A stretch of 64,000 nucleotides of DNA from Dehalococcoidia bacterium (GCA_965222415.1 CBDCTU010000002.1:260663-324662); one strand, 5' to 3'; counted from the first letter of the stretch, positions 1-9,055 are shown. The notes: generated by a model not told the origin, from the letters alone. Made by a program: numbers and translations.

Positions 1-123
1 GTTGGGTTTGAGATCAGACTCTTGATGTTCACGATTTCCTCCTACGTAGACTTTCAAGCTATGCCCTCCAGTACATTTCGGCATGACGATGCGCATAGGC
101 CTCCCGACAGCTCCGGTCCACTG

Positions 124-729
124 TCATTCGTAGAGGTTCTTTCGATGCCCGCCCGTTTCACGGCCTTCTCGGACGATAGTACCTCGAATCTCGGCAGGCG
201 TCATAGGTCGCCTGGTCAATTGGAACCAGGTTGTTCCCGGAACCCCTCTGCGTGAAAGGCTCCCGGGCCCGACAGGGAGGCAGGACTCAAACACGAGTCT
301 CCAGCCCTGCGCTTGGGCGATCTCCTTCGTCGGGCGCACTGCAGGCCCGAAGTCCCAGTCCTGGCTCACGATGATGGCGGCTTCGTACTGCCTGCCGTAG
401 GTGGCTCGCGCCAGGTCCAGAGCCAGGCTCGTCCACACCCTTCTCCTACCCTCCGGCGTTCACCCTGCCCCGGTAGACGTACCCCCGCGGCTCCGCAGAT
501 ACCTGATCCCGTGCCAGAACAATTGAGAAGGGCCGGAGGCCGGATCTGGGACGCCCGTGTAGAAGCGAATCTTTGCAAGGCTGCGGTCGGGAGTGCTGGA
601 CACCAAGGCCTGCGCGAGCTTCTCCACGTCGTAGCTCGGCCAAGCATACAGAAACGACGATCCAGAGATCCAAGCTCTCCGTGCCAGATGATAGAGGTTC
701 TGGCCATCTATAAAGACGATAGTGCGCAC
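124..729 (-). pseudogene. NYN/LabA-like (DUF88) nuclease-domain gene, disrupted
   Basis: ORF 460-729 starts MRTIVFIDGQNLYH, a typical NYN/LabA N-terminus. ORF 124-438 carries LALDLARATYG..AAIIVSQDWDFGPAV. The halves are in different frames, and the junction (~430-470) holds an in-frame TAG plus frame changes. Confidence 0.6.
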
Positions 730-837
730 AAAAACACCCGCCCAAGCATACGGCCGAAGGCCACGATCCAGCGGGCGGGGAAGAACTTGGAATCAAGTTA
801 TCATCTGGAAGGCGCTACGTCAATCCTTTGTAGGGGG

Positions 838-981
838 TCAGGAGATATCGAACAAGACCTCCTTTCCCGTTGCATTAGTTTTGATCCAGTGGTGATAGAA
901 CTGGTCCGGGGTCTTGTAACCCAGGGCTTGATGGGGACGCACCGTCTCGTAAGTGCGGTTACAGGCTAGCAGCCCGTCTAA
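838..981 (-). pseudogene. C-terminal remnant of an rve-type (IS3/IS481-like) transposase, 3' piece
   Basis: The minus strand reads [47 protein letters not shown], ending at 838-840. This is the RPHxALGxxTP integrase-core tail. It is cut at 981/982 by the IS1380 element. Confidence 0.55.
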
Positions 982-1103
982 ACCCTAATCCACCGAAGGA
1001 GTGGGTCGGGTCAGCGTTCTAAAGCGGCAAGAAGGTGCTCCTCTGAATCTGGGATAATGGTTTTGTAACGGCAACCCGACCCCAGAGAAGGAGCACCCAA
1101 TAG

Positions 1104-2430
1104 ATGCTACCACGCAACCACCTCGACCGCATCCAAGTCGCCTTCGACGATCACCGCCTGGTGGACAATGCCGGCCTACTCCTCCCAGCCACCTTGGCCC
1201 TGCACCTCGGTCTTTCCCAACTGGTACAGCAGCGCCTGGACCTGGGTGATGCGCCGGGCCGGGCCAACACCGGCGACAAGATAATGACGCTGGTCGCCTC
1301 CGCGCTGGCTGGCGGCGACTGCATCGACGCCGCCGATGCGCTGCGAGCCGGTGGGACGGCCGGTGTTCTCGACTGCCTGGTCAAGGCGCCATCCACACTG
1401 GGCACTTTCCTGCGCAGCTTTCGCTGGGGCCACGTCCGCCAACTGGACCGGGTGAGCCGCGAGTTGCTGGCACGGGCATGGCAGGCCGGAGCCGGACCCG
1501 GCGACGCACCCTTGACTATCGACCTCGATCCCACCGTCTGCGAGACCTACGGACTGGACAAGGAAGGGGCGCGACACCATGGTTACACCGGCAAGCGGGG
1601 CTATCACCCACTGCTGGCTATCGCCGCCAGCACCGGAGACGTGCTGATGGCCCGGCTGCGCGAGGGCCGCGCCAACACCGCCCGCGGCGCCGCCCACTTC
1701 CTGCGTGAGACGGTGGGGCGGGTGCGCTACGCCGGGGCCAAGGGACAACTCACGGTGCGGGCCGACAGCGGCTTCTACGCTCATAGCGTGGTATCCGTCT
1801 GCCGCAAGATGGATGTCCGCTTCTCCATCACCCTCCGCCAGCACAAAAGCCTGCGCAATGTCATCGAGGCCATACCTGAAGATGCCTGGACGCCGATTCC
1901 CTACTGGATGGACGGCGCCGCCGATGTGGCAGAGACCACCTATATCCCCTTCCAGAGTGAGCCCGACGCCGCGTCGGTGCGGCTCATCGTCCGGCGGGTG
2001 AAGCCCACGCCCGGTTCCCAGTTGGCCCTTTTCGCCACCTACAGCTATCACGGCTTCATCACCGACCGCGATGGGGAGATGCTCGAACTGGAGGCTGATC
2101 ATCGCCGCCACGCCGAGATCGAGAATGCGATACGCGACCTCAAGTACGGTGTCGGACTGAACCACATGCCGTCCGGCCGCTTCGCCGCCAACGGCGCCTG
2201 GCTGGCGGTACAGGTGATGGCGCACAACCTGGCCCGCTGGACAGCCCGCATCGGCCTGGATGAGCAGATCGTGACCACCAAAGACCCTCAGACGACGGGT
2301 CTTCGCACTAGCCGGACGGCTCACCCGCTCGGCACGCCGCCTCACCCTGCATCTGCCACAGCGCTGGCCTTGGGATACCCAGTTCAGTCGCACCCTGGCC
2401 CGGCTGCGAGCCATTCCACTCCCAGCCTGA
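1104..2430 (+). pseudogene. IS1380-family DDE transposase with a +1 frameshift near 2283
   Basis: Contains HRRHAEIENAIRDLKYGVGLNHMPSGRFAANGAW. After ..IVTTK the family-typical tail TLRRRVFALAGRLTRSARRLTLHLPQRWPWDTQFSRTLARLRAIPLPA* continues one frame over and stops at 2428-2430. The 570-aa track ORF runs on in the wrong frame. Confidence 0.8.
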
Positions 2431-2646
2431 CGGCGCCCTCCGCCACTGACCCAACGTCCCCGCAAACTGAACGTCCCCGCAAACTCGCGCCAGTCCGGTC
2501 CGCGAGCGCCTCTTGCCGTGTCCTATCACGCCATCTCCCTCACCACAGCCACTGTAAGCCGCCATCGGCGCCCCCAAAAGCGCCTGCGACCGCCGCCAAC
2601 CTCCCATCTACCCGAATTCGAGCCCGGACCATCGCTTGTGTAACTT

Positions 2647-2691
2647 CCTCACCCTCCTTCCAGTGTCCTCACCCTCCTTCCAGTGTCCTCA
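2647..2691. repeat. Perfect 20-bp tandem repeat, 2.25 copies (CCTCACCCTCCTTCCAGTGT)
   Basis: Read directly: 2647-2666 equals 2667-2686, then CCTCA. It lies in the 3' non-coding part of the IS1380 element. Confidence 0.95.
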
Positions 2692-2724
2692 CGCCGTCCA
2701 TCCGTGTCCATCGGTGGATTCGGG

Positions 2725-2872
2725 CTAAGGCCAAGGGTGGGATTGGTCTCCCATTGCCCGTATTCATCCTACTACTTGCCGTGGAGGCAGGAGGATTCGC
2801 CATAGCCAGCAATTGAGCAACTAACCTTAGTAACACGACACTAGGAGCAATTGCTGACTTACGCTCGGTCAT
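2725..2872 (-). pseudogene. Upstream piece of the same rve-type transposase remnant
   Basis: ORF 2669-2872 reads ..NTGNGRPIPPLAL up to the IS1380 end. Removing 982-2724 plus one CTAA copy joins it in frame to LDGLLACNRTYETVRPHQ.. at 981. Confidence 0.45.
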
Positions 2873-2914
2873 ATTGTAGGATATAACTTACTACTACAGG
2901 GTTGGAGGAGTGCC

Positions 2915-3058
2915 GTGCAAGCGTATTGTATGAAGTGCCGGTCCAAGAGGGAGATGAGCAATCCACAGGCCATTACGATGAAGAATGGCCGGCCGGCCAC
3001 TCAGGGAGTTTGCCCAGTCTGCTCCACAAGAATGTTCCGCATAGGCAAAACTCCATAG
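2915..3058 (+). CDS. Small zinc-ribbon protein, DUF5679-like (47 aa)
   Basis: GGAGGA lies 5 nt upstream of a GTG start. Translation is (M)QAYCMKCRSKREMSNPQAITMKNGRPATQGVCPVCSTRMFRIGKTP*. The CxxC...CxxC layout matches my recollection of DUF5679. It is too short to appear in the ORF track. Confidence 0.6.
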   Translation: MQAYCMKCRSKREMSNPQAITMKNGRPATQGVCPVCSTRMFRIGKTP

Positions 3059-3388
3059 TCCGCTGGTTCCCGGAGACCGCTGCCAATAGCCGTCGGAAAG
3101 AGCGTCCCGGTGGTAGGCGATGTCCCCGGCGGCTTCCAAGCGCTTGCATGAACTAATCTACCGGCCTGCTGACTCGGATTACTGCGAGTGGGAGGATACC
3201 ACGCCGATAGAGAAAGGCCGCGATGGGTGCGCCGGCATGGCACTCGGGCTGGACTCCCACCGATGGAGACGGACTGCGGCCCAAGTCATAGAAGTCAGAG
3301 TTTGCCCCATGCCGGGCAACCATTTCCGCAATAAGGGACCCAGCCGTTTGCGGGACATCAAGACATAAGACATACAAGGAGGAGCGTC

Positions 3389-5039
3389 ATGACCGGGGAA
3401 CATGACGGGATGGACCAGGGGAAGCCATCGGATTACTACCTCGAGTTCCGCAGGATGATGGACGGCGTGGGTCACGAGGGCCTTCCCCGGATGATCGAAC
3501 ATTTGACAGCGGAGATTGAGGCGAACCCTTACGACACGGAAGCCCTAGCCGCGAGGGGGCTAGCTTACAGCGAGCTGGGGGACCACCGCAAGGCGATAGA
3601 GGACAACGGCGATAGAGGACAACGGCAGGATCATAGCCCTCGATCCCGACGATGCGGGCGCCTACTTGGACAGAGCCCGCGCCCATTCCGAGCTGGGGGA
3701 GCACCGCTCGGCGGTGGAGGACTACGACAACGCCATCCGCCGGGCTCCCGGCAATGCCGTGGCGCACTACAACCGGGGGGCGTGCAACGCCGAGCTGGGC
3801 AACCTGGCCGGAGCGGTCAATGACTTTGACGTAGCCATCACCCTGGCCCCCAACGATGCCGACGCCCACTACAACAGGGGGTTGACCTATGCCTCGATGG
3901 GAGAGCTCATCCGGGCGGTGGAGGACCTCAGCAAGGCAATAGAGTGCAATCCCAGCTTTGCCGTTGCCCACTACCACAGAGGACTCGCATACCGTGACCT
4001 CGGCGAGCCGGATAAGGCGCTCAGCGATTTCGACGCCGCTATAGAGCTCGAACAGAACTACGGCCTCGCCCACTACGCCAGGGGAATCACCAAGCTCAAT
4101 CTTGGAGCATACGAAGACGCGCTCCGTGACTTCGATGCCGTCATCGGCCTTGACCCCGACAACGCCTCCGCGCTCCGCAACAGGGGCGTCGCCCTCGGCG
4201 GCCTGGGGCGTTACGACGAAGCGATTAGGGACTTCGACCGATCCCTGGGCCTCGATCCCAACAACGCTGAGACCATCACGGCCAGAGGGCTCGCCCGCAC
4301 CCGCCTGGGGCAACACGAGCTAGCGATAGAAGACTACACTAGAGTCATAGACCTTGACCCCCGCAACACAGCCGTCCTCTACAACAGGGGGATGGCCCAC
4401 ATGTACGTGGCCGGGTACGAGCGCGCAGCTGAGGACTTCAGCGCAATTATCGAGATCGACCCGGACAACGCCGCCGCGTACATGGCGAGGGGATTCGCCC
4501 GCACGGCGCTGGGGGATCACAGTGGGGCGATCAAGGACTACGACAGGCTCATCGAACTCACCCCGGAGGACCCGATGGCGTACTACACGAGGGCGTACGC
4601 TCACTCGGAGATGGGTGAGCCCCACAGGGCGGTCGAGGACTTCGGGCGGGCCATCGCCCTCGACCCGGACAACATCGAGTCCCTCCGCAACAGGGCGGCT
4701 CTGTACGGAAGCCTCGGCGAGCCGGACAAAGCGGTACAGGACTACGACGAGATCATCCGCCTCGAACCTGACGACGCGGACGCTCACCACGCAAGGGGGT
4801 CTGCGCTCTTCACCCTTCGCAGATTCAGCGAGGCGGTTGTTGACTTGGACAGGGTCATCGAGCTTGAGCCGGACTACGACGAGCCCTACTACCAGAGGGG
4901 CGTTGCCCGCATGGAGCTCGGCGAGCACCGCAGGGCGGTCGAAGATTTCGACCAGTTCATCCGCCTGAATCCCGACGACCAATTCGTCCGCCACGACAGA
5001 CAGCTCGCCATCGAGCTGGCGGAGGCGGATGAACGGTGA
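3389..5039 (+). pseudogene. Tetratricopeptide-repeat (TPR) protein, frame broken by a 16-bp tandem duplication
   Basis: AGGAGG precedes the ATG at 3389. There are more than 12 consecutive 34-aa TPR units (..A..Y.RG.AY..LG....A..D...AI.L.P..). The N-terminal frame (3389) and the main frame (3666-5039) differ by +1, exactly as a 16-bp insertion predicts. Confidence 0.8.
3593..3624. repeat. Perfect 16-bp tandem duplication GCGATAGAGGACAACG x2
   Basis: Read directly: 3593-3608 equals 3609-3624. Deleting one copy gives KAIEDNGRIIALDPDDAGAYLDRARAHSELGEH, a seamless TPR unit. Confidence 0.97.
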
Positions 5040-5174
5040 ACCGAATGGCGACGCCTTAGCACTGCCGCTCGCATGTGAGCATCGAGGTTGCACTCCCTTC
5101 TGTCCACGCCTCCAGTGTATGGAAGGCCAGTGATGGATTCGGACAACAAGAAAGCCCGCTCACATGGGCGAGCA

Positions 5175-5208
5175 GGGGCAGCCTCCCTATTCATACGATG
5201 GCTGCCCC
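5175..5208 (+). terminator. Hairpin downstream of the TPR gene (possible terminator)
   Basis: GGGGCAGCC (5175-5183) pairs with GGCTGCCCC (5200-5208). The stem is 9 bp with a 16-nt loop, followed by TGTCTCTTTG. Confidence 0.35.
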
Positions 5209-5297
5209 TGTCTCTTTGCGGCCTAGTGTCCCGGGCCGACCGGCTCATCCCCCTTACCCCACTCTTACTAAATACTGAACGCCCACCATGAAGAGGT

Positions 5298-6191
5298 TTA
5301 AGCGCCACCCGCCTCCGGCTGCGCCAACATACAAGAGATGCCAGGCGTCACGACAGGCGTAACCGACACCCGACCGCGGCTGTCGTACCCCGCACGGTAC
5401 GCATACTCCACCTTCGCGCCCCAGGGCACACGACCGCCGACCCGAATAGCGCCGCCTTGGCCCTGACCCGCCCCTTCACCGGCCCCACGCACCACCACTC
5501 CGTGCCGGTCACCCTTCTTCCAAGCCAGCACCTTCACCTCGGCGGGCACAACCCGCTCCTCTCTGGTCGGCCTAAACAGGACCCCGTGAAGCTTCTTCAG
5601 AACTCCCGCCGACGGAGTGGCCTTGCCGGACATGATGTTGGAGATGTGAGCCGAGCTGACCCCGGCCCGCCGGGCAACCTCGTTCTGGCTGATCCCATGA
5701 GCGTCCATCCGGCTCCACAGAGCTTCCTGGTCAACACAGGCGCGCTTTGCAGGAGCGACCTTGGCTGGTGCCTCCAGCGCAGACTCGACCCGCGCCTGGA
5801 CCTTGACGCCCATCCTCCTACGGCCCCGTGACACCTCCGTCATGTAGCCGTAACTCACCCCCACACGCTCGGCCAGGTCCTTCATGCTCATGCCCAACTC
5901 ACGAGCACGCTCACGAATAAAGCTGCTCTCCCCGCTCACCACGTCCCTCTGGCGGTAGACGAGTCCCTGACCGGGGGCCTCACCCAACGCTGCCAATGCC
6001 CTGTCCCGCATCCTGGTGGTCCACCGCCTGCGCCCTGATGCAAGCAGTGACAGGTATCCCCGGGTGACACCCAGTTCTGCCGCAAGCTCGCTCATCGTCA
6101 GCCCGCAGCGCCTCGCCGCGGCCCTGAGCTCACTCTCATAACCCGCTGCCGAGGTACCCTTGGTCCTATTGCTCATAGTTGCCGTTGTCAT
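5298..6191 (-). CDS. Triple helix-turn-helix (XRE-like x3) DNA-binding protein, module copy 1
   Basis: AGGAGG lies upstream of the ATG. Three HTH units are visible: LTMSELAAELGVTRGYLSLLASGRR, MSMKDLAERVGVSYGYMTEVSRGRR and ISQNEVARRAGVSSAHISNIMSGK. A beta-rich C-terminal domain follows. A full-length paralog sits at 53744-54646. Confidence 0.75.
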   Translation of the reverse strand: MTTATMSNRTKGTSAAGYESELRAAARRCGLTMSELAAELGVTRGYLSLLASGRRRWTTRMRDRALAALGEAPGQGLVYRQRDVVSGESSFIRERARELGMSMKDLAERVGVSYGYMTEVSRGRRRMGVKVQARVESALEAPAKVAPAKRACVDQEALWSRMDAHGISQNEVARRAGVSSAHISNIMSGKATPSAGVLKKLHGVLFRPTREERVVPAEVKVLAWKKGDRHGVVVRGAGEGAGQGQGGAIRVGGRVPWGAKVEYAYRAGYDSRGRVSVTPVVTPGISCMLAQPEAGGA

Positions 6192-6316
6192 CTCTACCTC
6201 CTACTTGTCTTGTTGCCTTGGATGAGCCCGTTTGCGGGCAAAGAAGAAGGGCCGACTCCGTATGGAGCCGGCCCTTGTGTATTGGGGCTATGTTGTGGTC
6301 GGGGCTTAGACGCCCG

Positions 6317-6562
6317 TCAGTGTTTGAGCCTTGGTACCCTGCGCCGAGACATCAACCTCCGGAGCAGCAGCGCACCGATGCCCAGCCCGACGAGGTGCAG
6401 TGCGAAGACCTCAACATCGCCGGTAACCGGCGGTAGTCGGAATCGCAGCACAGCGAAGCCGACCGTCATCGTCAGCCGCCTGCGCCGCGGGGCGATCCCG
6501 CCGAAGCCCGCTGGAACACTCTTGACCCTTGGAACCGTTGCCTTGATTTCTATGACGCTCAT
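6317..6562 (-). CDS. Small (81 aa) predicted membrane protein, module copy 1
   Basis: AAAGGAGA lies 6 nt upstream of the ATG at 6562. The protein MSVIEIKATVPRV... has a hydrophobic C-terminal half (VFALHLVGLGIGALLL). A paralog of identical length sits at 54773-55018. Confidence 0.6.
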   Translation of the reverse strand: MSVIEIKATVPRVKSVPAGFGGIAPRRRRLTMTVGFAVLRFRLPPVTGDVEVFALHLVGLGIGALLLRRLMSRRRVPRLKH

Positions 6563-6685
6563 TGATGTCTCCTTTCTGTTGCTGACCCGTGCAGGCATCC
6601 GTGGCGCGGGTCGTTGGTGATGAGGCTGACTAGTGACGCACTCCATCCTCGGTCGGATGCCGGAAGCGGGAGACGGAGTGTGGGT

Positions 6686-6888
6686 GAAGAAGGCGCAGCT
6701 CGCCCAGGGTCACATCACGGGAACCGTCTCAGGGGGAACTACTGAGGCGAGCGACCGGCCTGAGAGCTGGTCATAGAACAGCGCGGGCGAAAGTAGGCGC
6801 AGCTCGACCAGGGTCACATCACGGGAACCGACTCAGGAGAGCTGCTGCTACGTGGGGGATGAGGAAGACGCAGCGAGACCCGGGAGCT
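6686..6888. repeat. Iteron-like direct repeats, ~104-bp phasing (module copy 1)
   Basis: AGGCGCAGCTCG(C/A)CCAGGGTCACATCACGGGAACCG occurs at 6691-6726 and 6795-6830. A degenerate third copy, GAGGAAGACGCAGCGAGACCCGGGAGCT, lies at 6861-6888. The same repeat family occurs at 55146-55403. Confidence 0.8.
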
Positions 6889-7041
6889 AGATCGATAACG
6901 TCCTGGGATGCTGCGTGCGAGGGAAGCGGCCAGCCTGCGAAGACCTCATCGCAGACCGGCGCGTGGTGAAGCTGCGGCCAGTTCCACAGGAACCATGCCG
7001 CAGACGTGAGGAACCGGCCAGTGTGCAGGGCGCACTCCGAC

Positions 7042-7069
7042 CAGAGCCTGCCCCGTACTCGATACGGGG
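7042..7069. repeat. Conserved motif with 7-bp-stem hairpin, copy 1 of 3
   Basis: CAGAGCCTGCCCCGTACTCGATACGGGG, with stem CCCCGTA/TACGGGG and loop CTCGA. Near-identical copies lie at 13196-13223 and 55529-55555. Confidence 0.85.
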
Positions 7070-7391
7070 GTGTCCGAGGGGCCGAAGCGGGAAGCGCTTG
7101 GGCCGCTGCGAATGTGTCCCTCCGGGGCGGCCTTCGGGAGAGCGCAATGCTCGATCCCTCCGGTCAGTACCCCTGGGCGGCTATTCGGAGAGCGCGGTGC
7201 TCGATCCCATGCAGCCGGTCCCGGATTCGGGGGACGGGAACCCTCCAGGTTTCTCGGCGGGAAACACTGGAAAAGCCTGAAACTGACTCCATTATTGCCG
7301 AACGCCCGTGCGAAAGGAAGGGTTTGGCGTCGCCTGCGCCCAAAGCGTTCTGTCCAGTTCCACGAAACCCTAAGCGCGCCCCTGAAAGCGC

Positions 7392-8219
7392 CTACTGGCG
7401 CCACACATTCAGGGTGAGGATGCGCCTCGCCAACCGTCTCCAGGCCACCGCCCTTCGGACTTCGCGGAGGGTCTCCCGTCGCCAGTTGAGCTGCGAGCTC
7501 CGCCACAGGCCCGTCAGGGGCATAGTCTCCGGCGGCAGCGTCAGCCCGTGCTCCTCCAGCATGGCCACCTCCAACTCACGCACACGCAGCTCGACCTCCA
7601 GCCACGCCAGACCCCTGCCCCCGGCGGAGTGGGTCCTCCACAGCCTGCGCCACTCCTCGATGAGGGGCCACGCCTCGCCGTAGACCTGCTCGTCGTCGGG
7701 AGCCGGCTCCTTCGTCACCAGCTCGGGGTACAGTCGCCTTCCCACGGTGTGCCGCTCCGGCCTTCCGACTTCCTGCGGCGGTTCGGACACCGCCTCGGCG
7801 CCCTGGCGAGTCTTGGGCTGGTCCGCCGCACGCTCCATCCGCTTCGGCGCCCTGGTCCCCTCCTCACGCAGAGCCTGAACCGCCTCCTTCATCGCCGTGT
7901 CGGCATCTTCGAGGCCGCTTCGGAGTTCCATTTCCAACGCGTCCACCCGCCGCTCCAGGGCACTGATACGGTCGTCCGGTTGAGCGCCCGGTTCGTCACC
8001 CTCCGCCGACCGTTGCCGCTCCAGCGCCTCGCGGACCCGCCACGACATCCCCTCTCCGTCCATGCACGCCCCAACCGTCCTGGGGTCCAGGCCCAGCTCC
8101 CTGGCCGCCTCCACGCGTCCCTTCTTCCTCACCATGTCGTGCAGCAGCGCCCTGAGGCTCAGAACGTGCTCCTCCTCGGCGTCCACCCCGTCGGACACTG
8201 ACCGCTCACTCGATTCCAT
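7392..8219 (-). CDS. HTH plus long coiled-coil protein, module copy 1
   Basis: Probable start is MESSERS at 8219; the track ORF extends to 8267. The N-terminal HTH-like segment is GRVEAARELGLDPRTVGACM. The middle is heptad-rich (ISALERRVDALEMELRSGLED). The paralog is 55851-56693. Confidence 0.65.
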   Translation of the reverse strand: MESSERSVSDGVDAEEEHVLSLRALLHDMVRKKGRVEAARELGLDPRTVGACMDGEGMSWRVREALERQRSAEGDEPGAQPDDRISALERRVDALEMELRSGLEDADTAMKEAVQALREEGTRAPKRMERAADQPKTRQGAEAVSEPPQEVGRPERHTVGRRLYPELVTKEPAPDDEQVYGEAWPLIEEWRRLWRTHSAGGRGLAWLEVELRVRELEVAMLEEHGLTLPPETMPLTGLWRSSQLNWRRETLREVRRAVAWRRLARRILTLNVWRQ

Positions 8220-9055
8220 ACGTTTCACCCCTTCTGCAACTTGCTGCAACCTGTGTTTCCGCCGCAACCGGCCCCTGACAAAAGGTGTTCGCCGTTCACG
8301 TCCTGTAGGGGGCCGTTCCCCCCCAAATCAGCTTTGCCGACTACCCGATCTGCAACTTGCACACAGACTCGATTCCCTGTACAGCCCCATGACATCACGG
8401 CGGCCCCTCCGTCTGTAATCCCCCGGAGGGCACCTCATCGATGTACTCCCCTCAAGGTCACTACATCCGTGTAGTGCCTTCCAGGGGATAACCCTCGGCT
8501 TCCCGACTCCCCAGACTCGATGGCAAAACAGACGGCCCCATCAGCGACGAGGAGGCGAAAACATGGGAGCGCAATCGACCGATCAACGGACCCTCGGCAG
8601 AGCCGGAGGACGCGCCAGAAGGCTTCGGCGCCTGGCCTCATGTCCTGGAGAGGACTGTCCGGTAGGGGCTGCATACCCGGGATTCCGGCCTTCTCGTCCA
8701 ATTGCTTGCTCCGATGTAGCAGCAATGCCGGCCTCCCTCTGGGCGGTCTCCCTTTCAGTGACCGGAACCAGCCCATTCACCAGAGCGCTCGCAACTACGG
8801 CTCCCACCTCCCTCTTTTGCGGCCATTTCACGTTCAAACCTGCCCCAGACCGCCCTCCTGGGAGTCGGCGCAAATCCCTGTACACGGGTATGACAGCACA
8901 TCCCGCCCATTTCCGCCCATGGCCCCAAAAGGGAGGACTCGCGCGTCCTCCCAAGTGCGGCATGGTGTCCCGCCTCACGGCTCCCCACACTCGATTGCAA
9001 TCAGACGGACGGTGACAGCCCGATGCGGGCTCACGCGAGCCCGGCGAAGAGAGCG

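Larger units (their letters stand above)
982..2724 (+). mobile_element. IS1380-family insertion sequence (~1.74 kb)
   Basis: Terminal inverted repeats CCCTAATCCACCGAAGGA (983-1000) and TCCATCGGTGGATTCGGG (2706-2724) match 16/18 as reverse complement. CTAA is present on both flanks (978-981 and 2725-2728). The element carries an IS1380-type transposase. Confidence 0.8.

Noticed and set aside
6915-7280. Plus-strand ORF in the conserved spacer. Its C-terminus (..DPMQPVPDSGDGNPPGFSAGNTGKA*) is echoed in module 2 (..DPKRPVPGRGPDPPGFSARNPGKA*, ORF 55369-55743). It might be a conserved small protein.
   Set aside because: Further upstream the copy-2 counterpart needs a different frame (VPYSIRGNPGF.. 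is in ORF 55491-55676). The translations are Arg/Pro/Gly-rich, and no RBS is evident. Conservation is better explained at the DNA or RNA level. This is not fully excluded.
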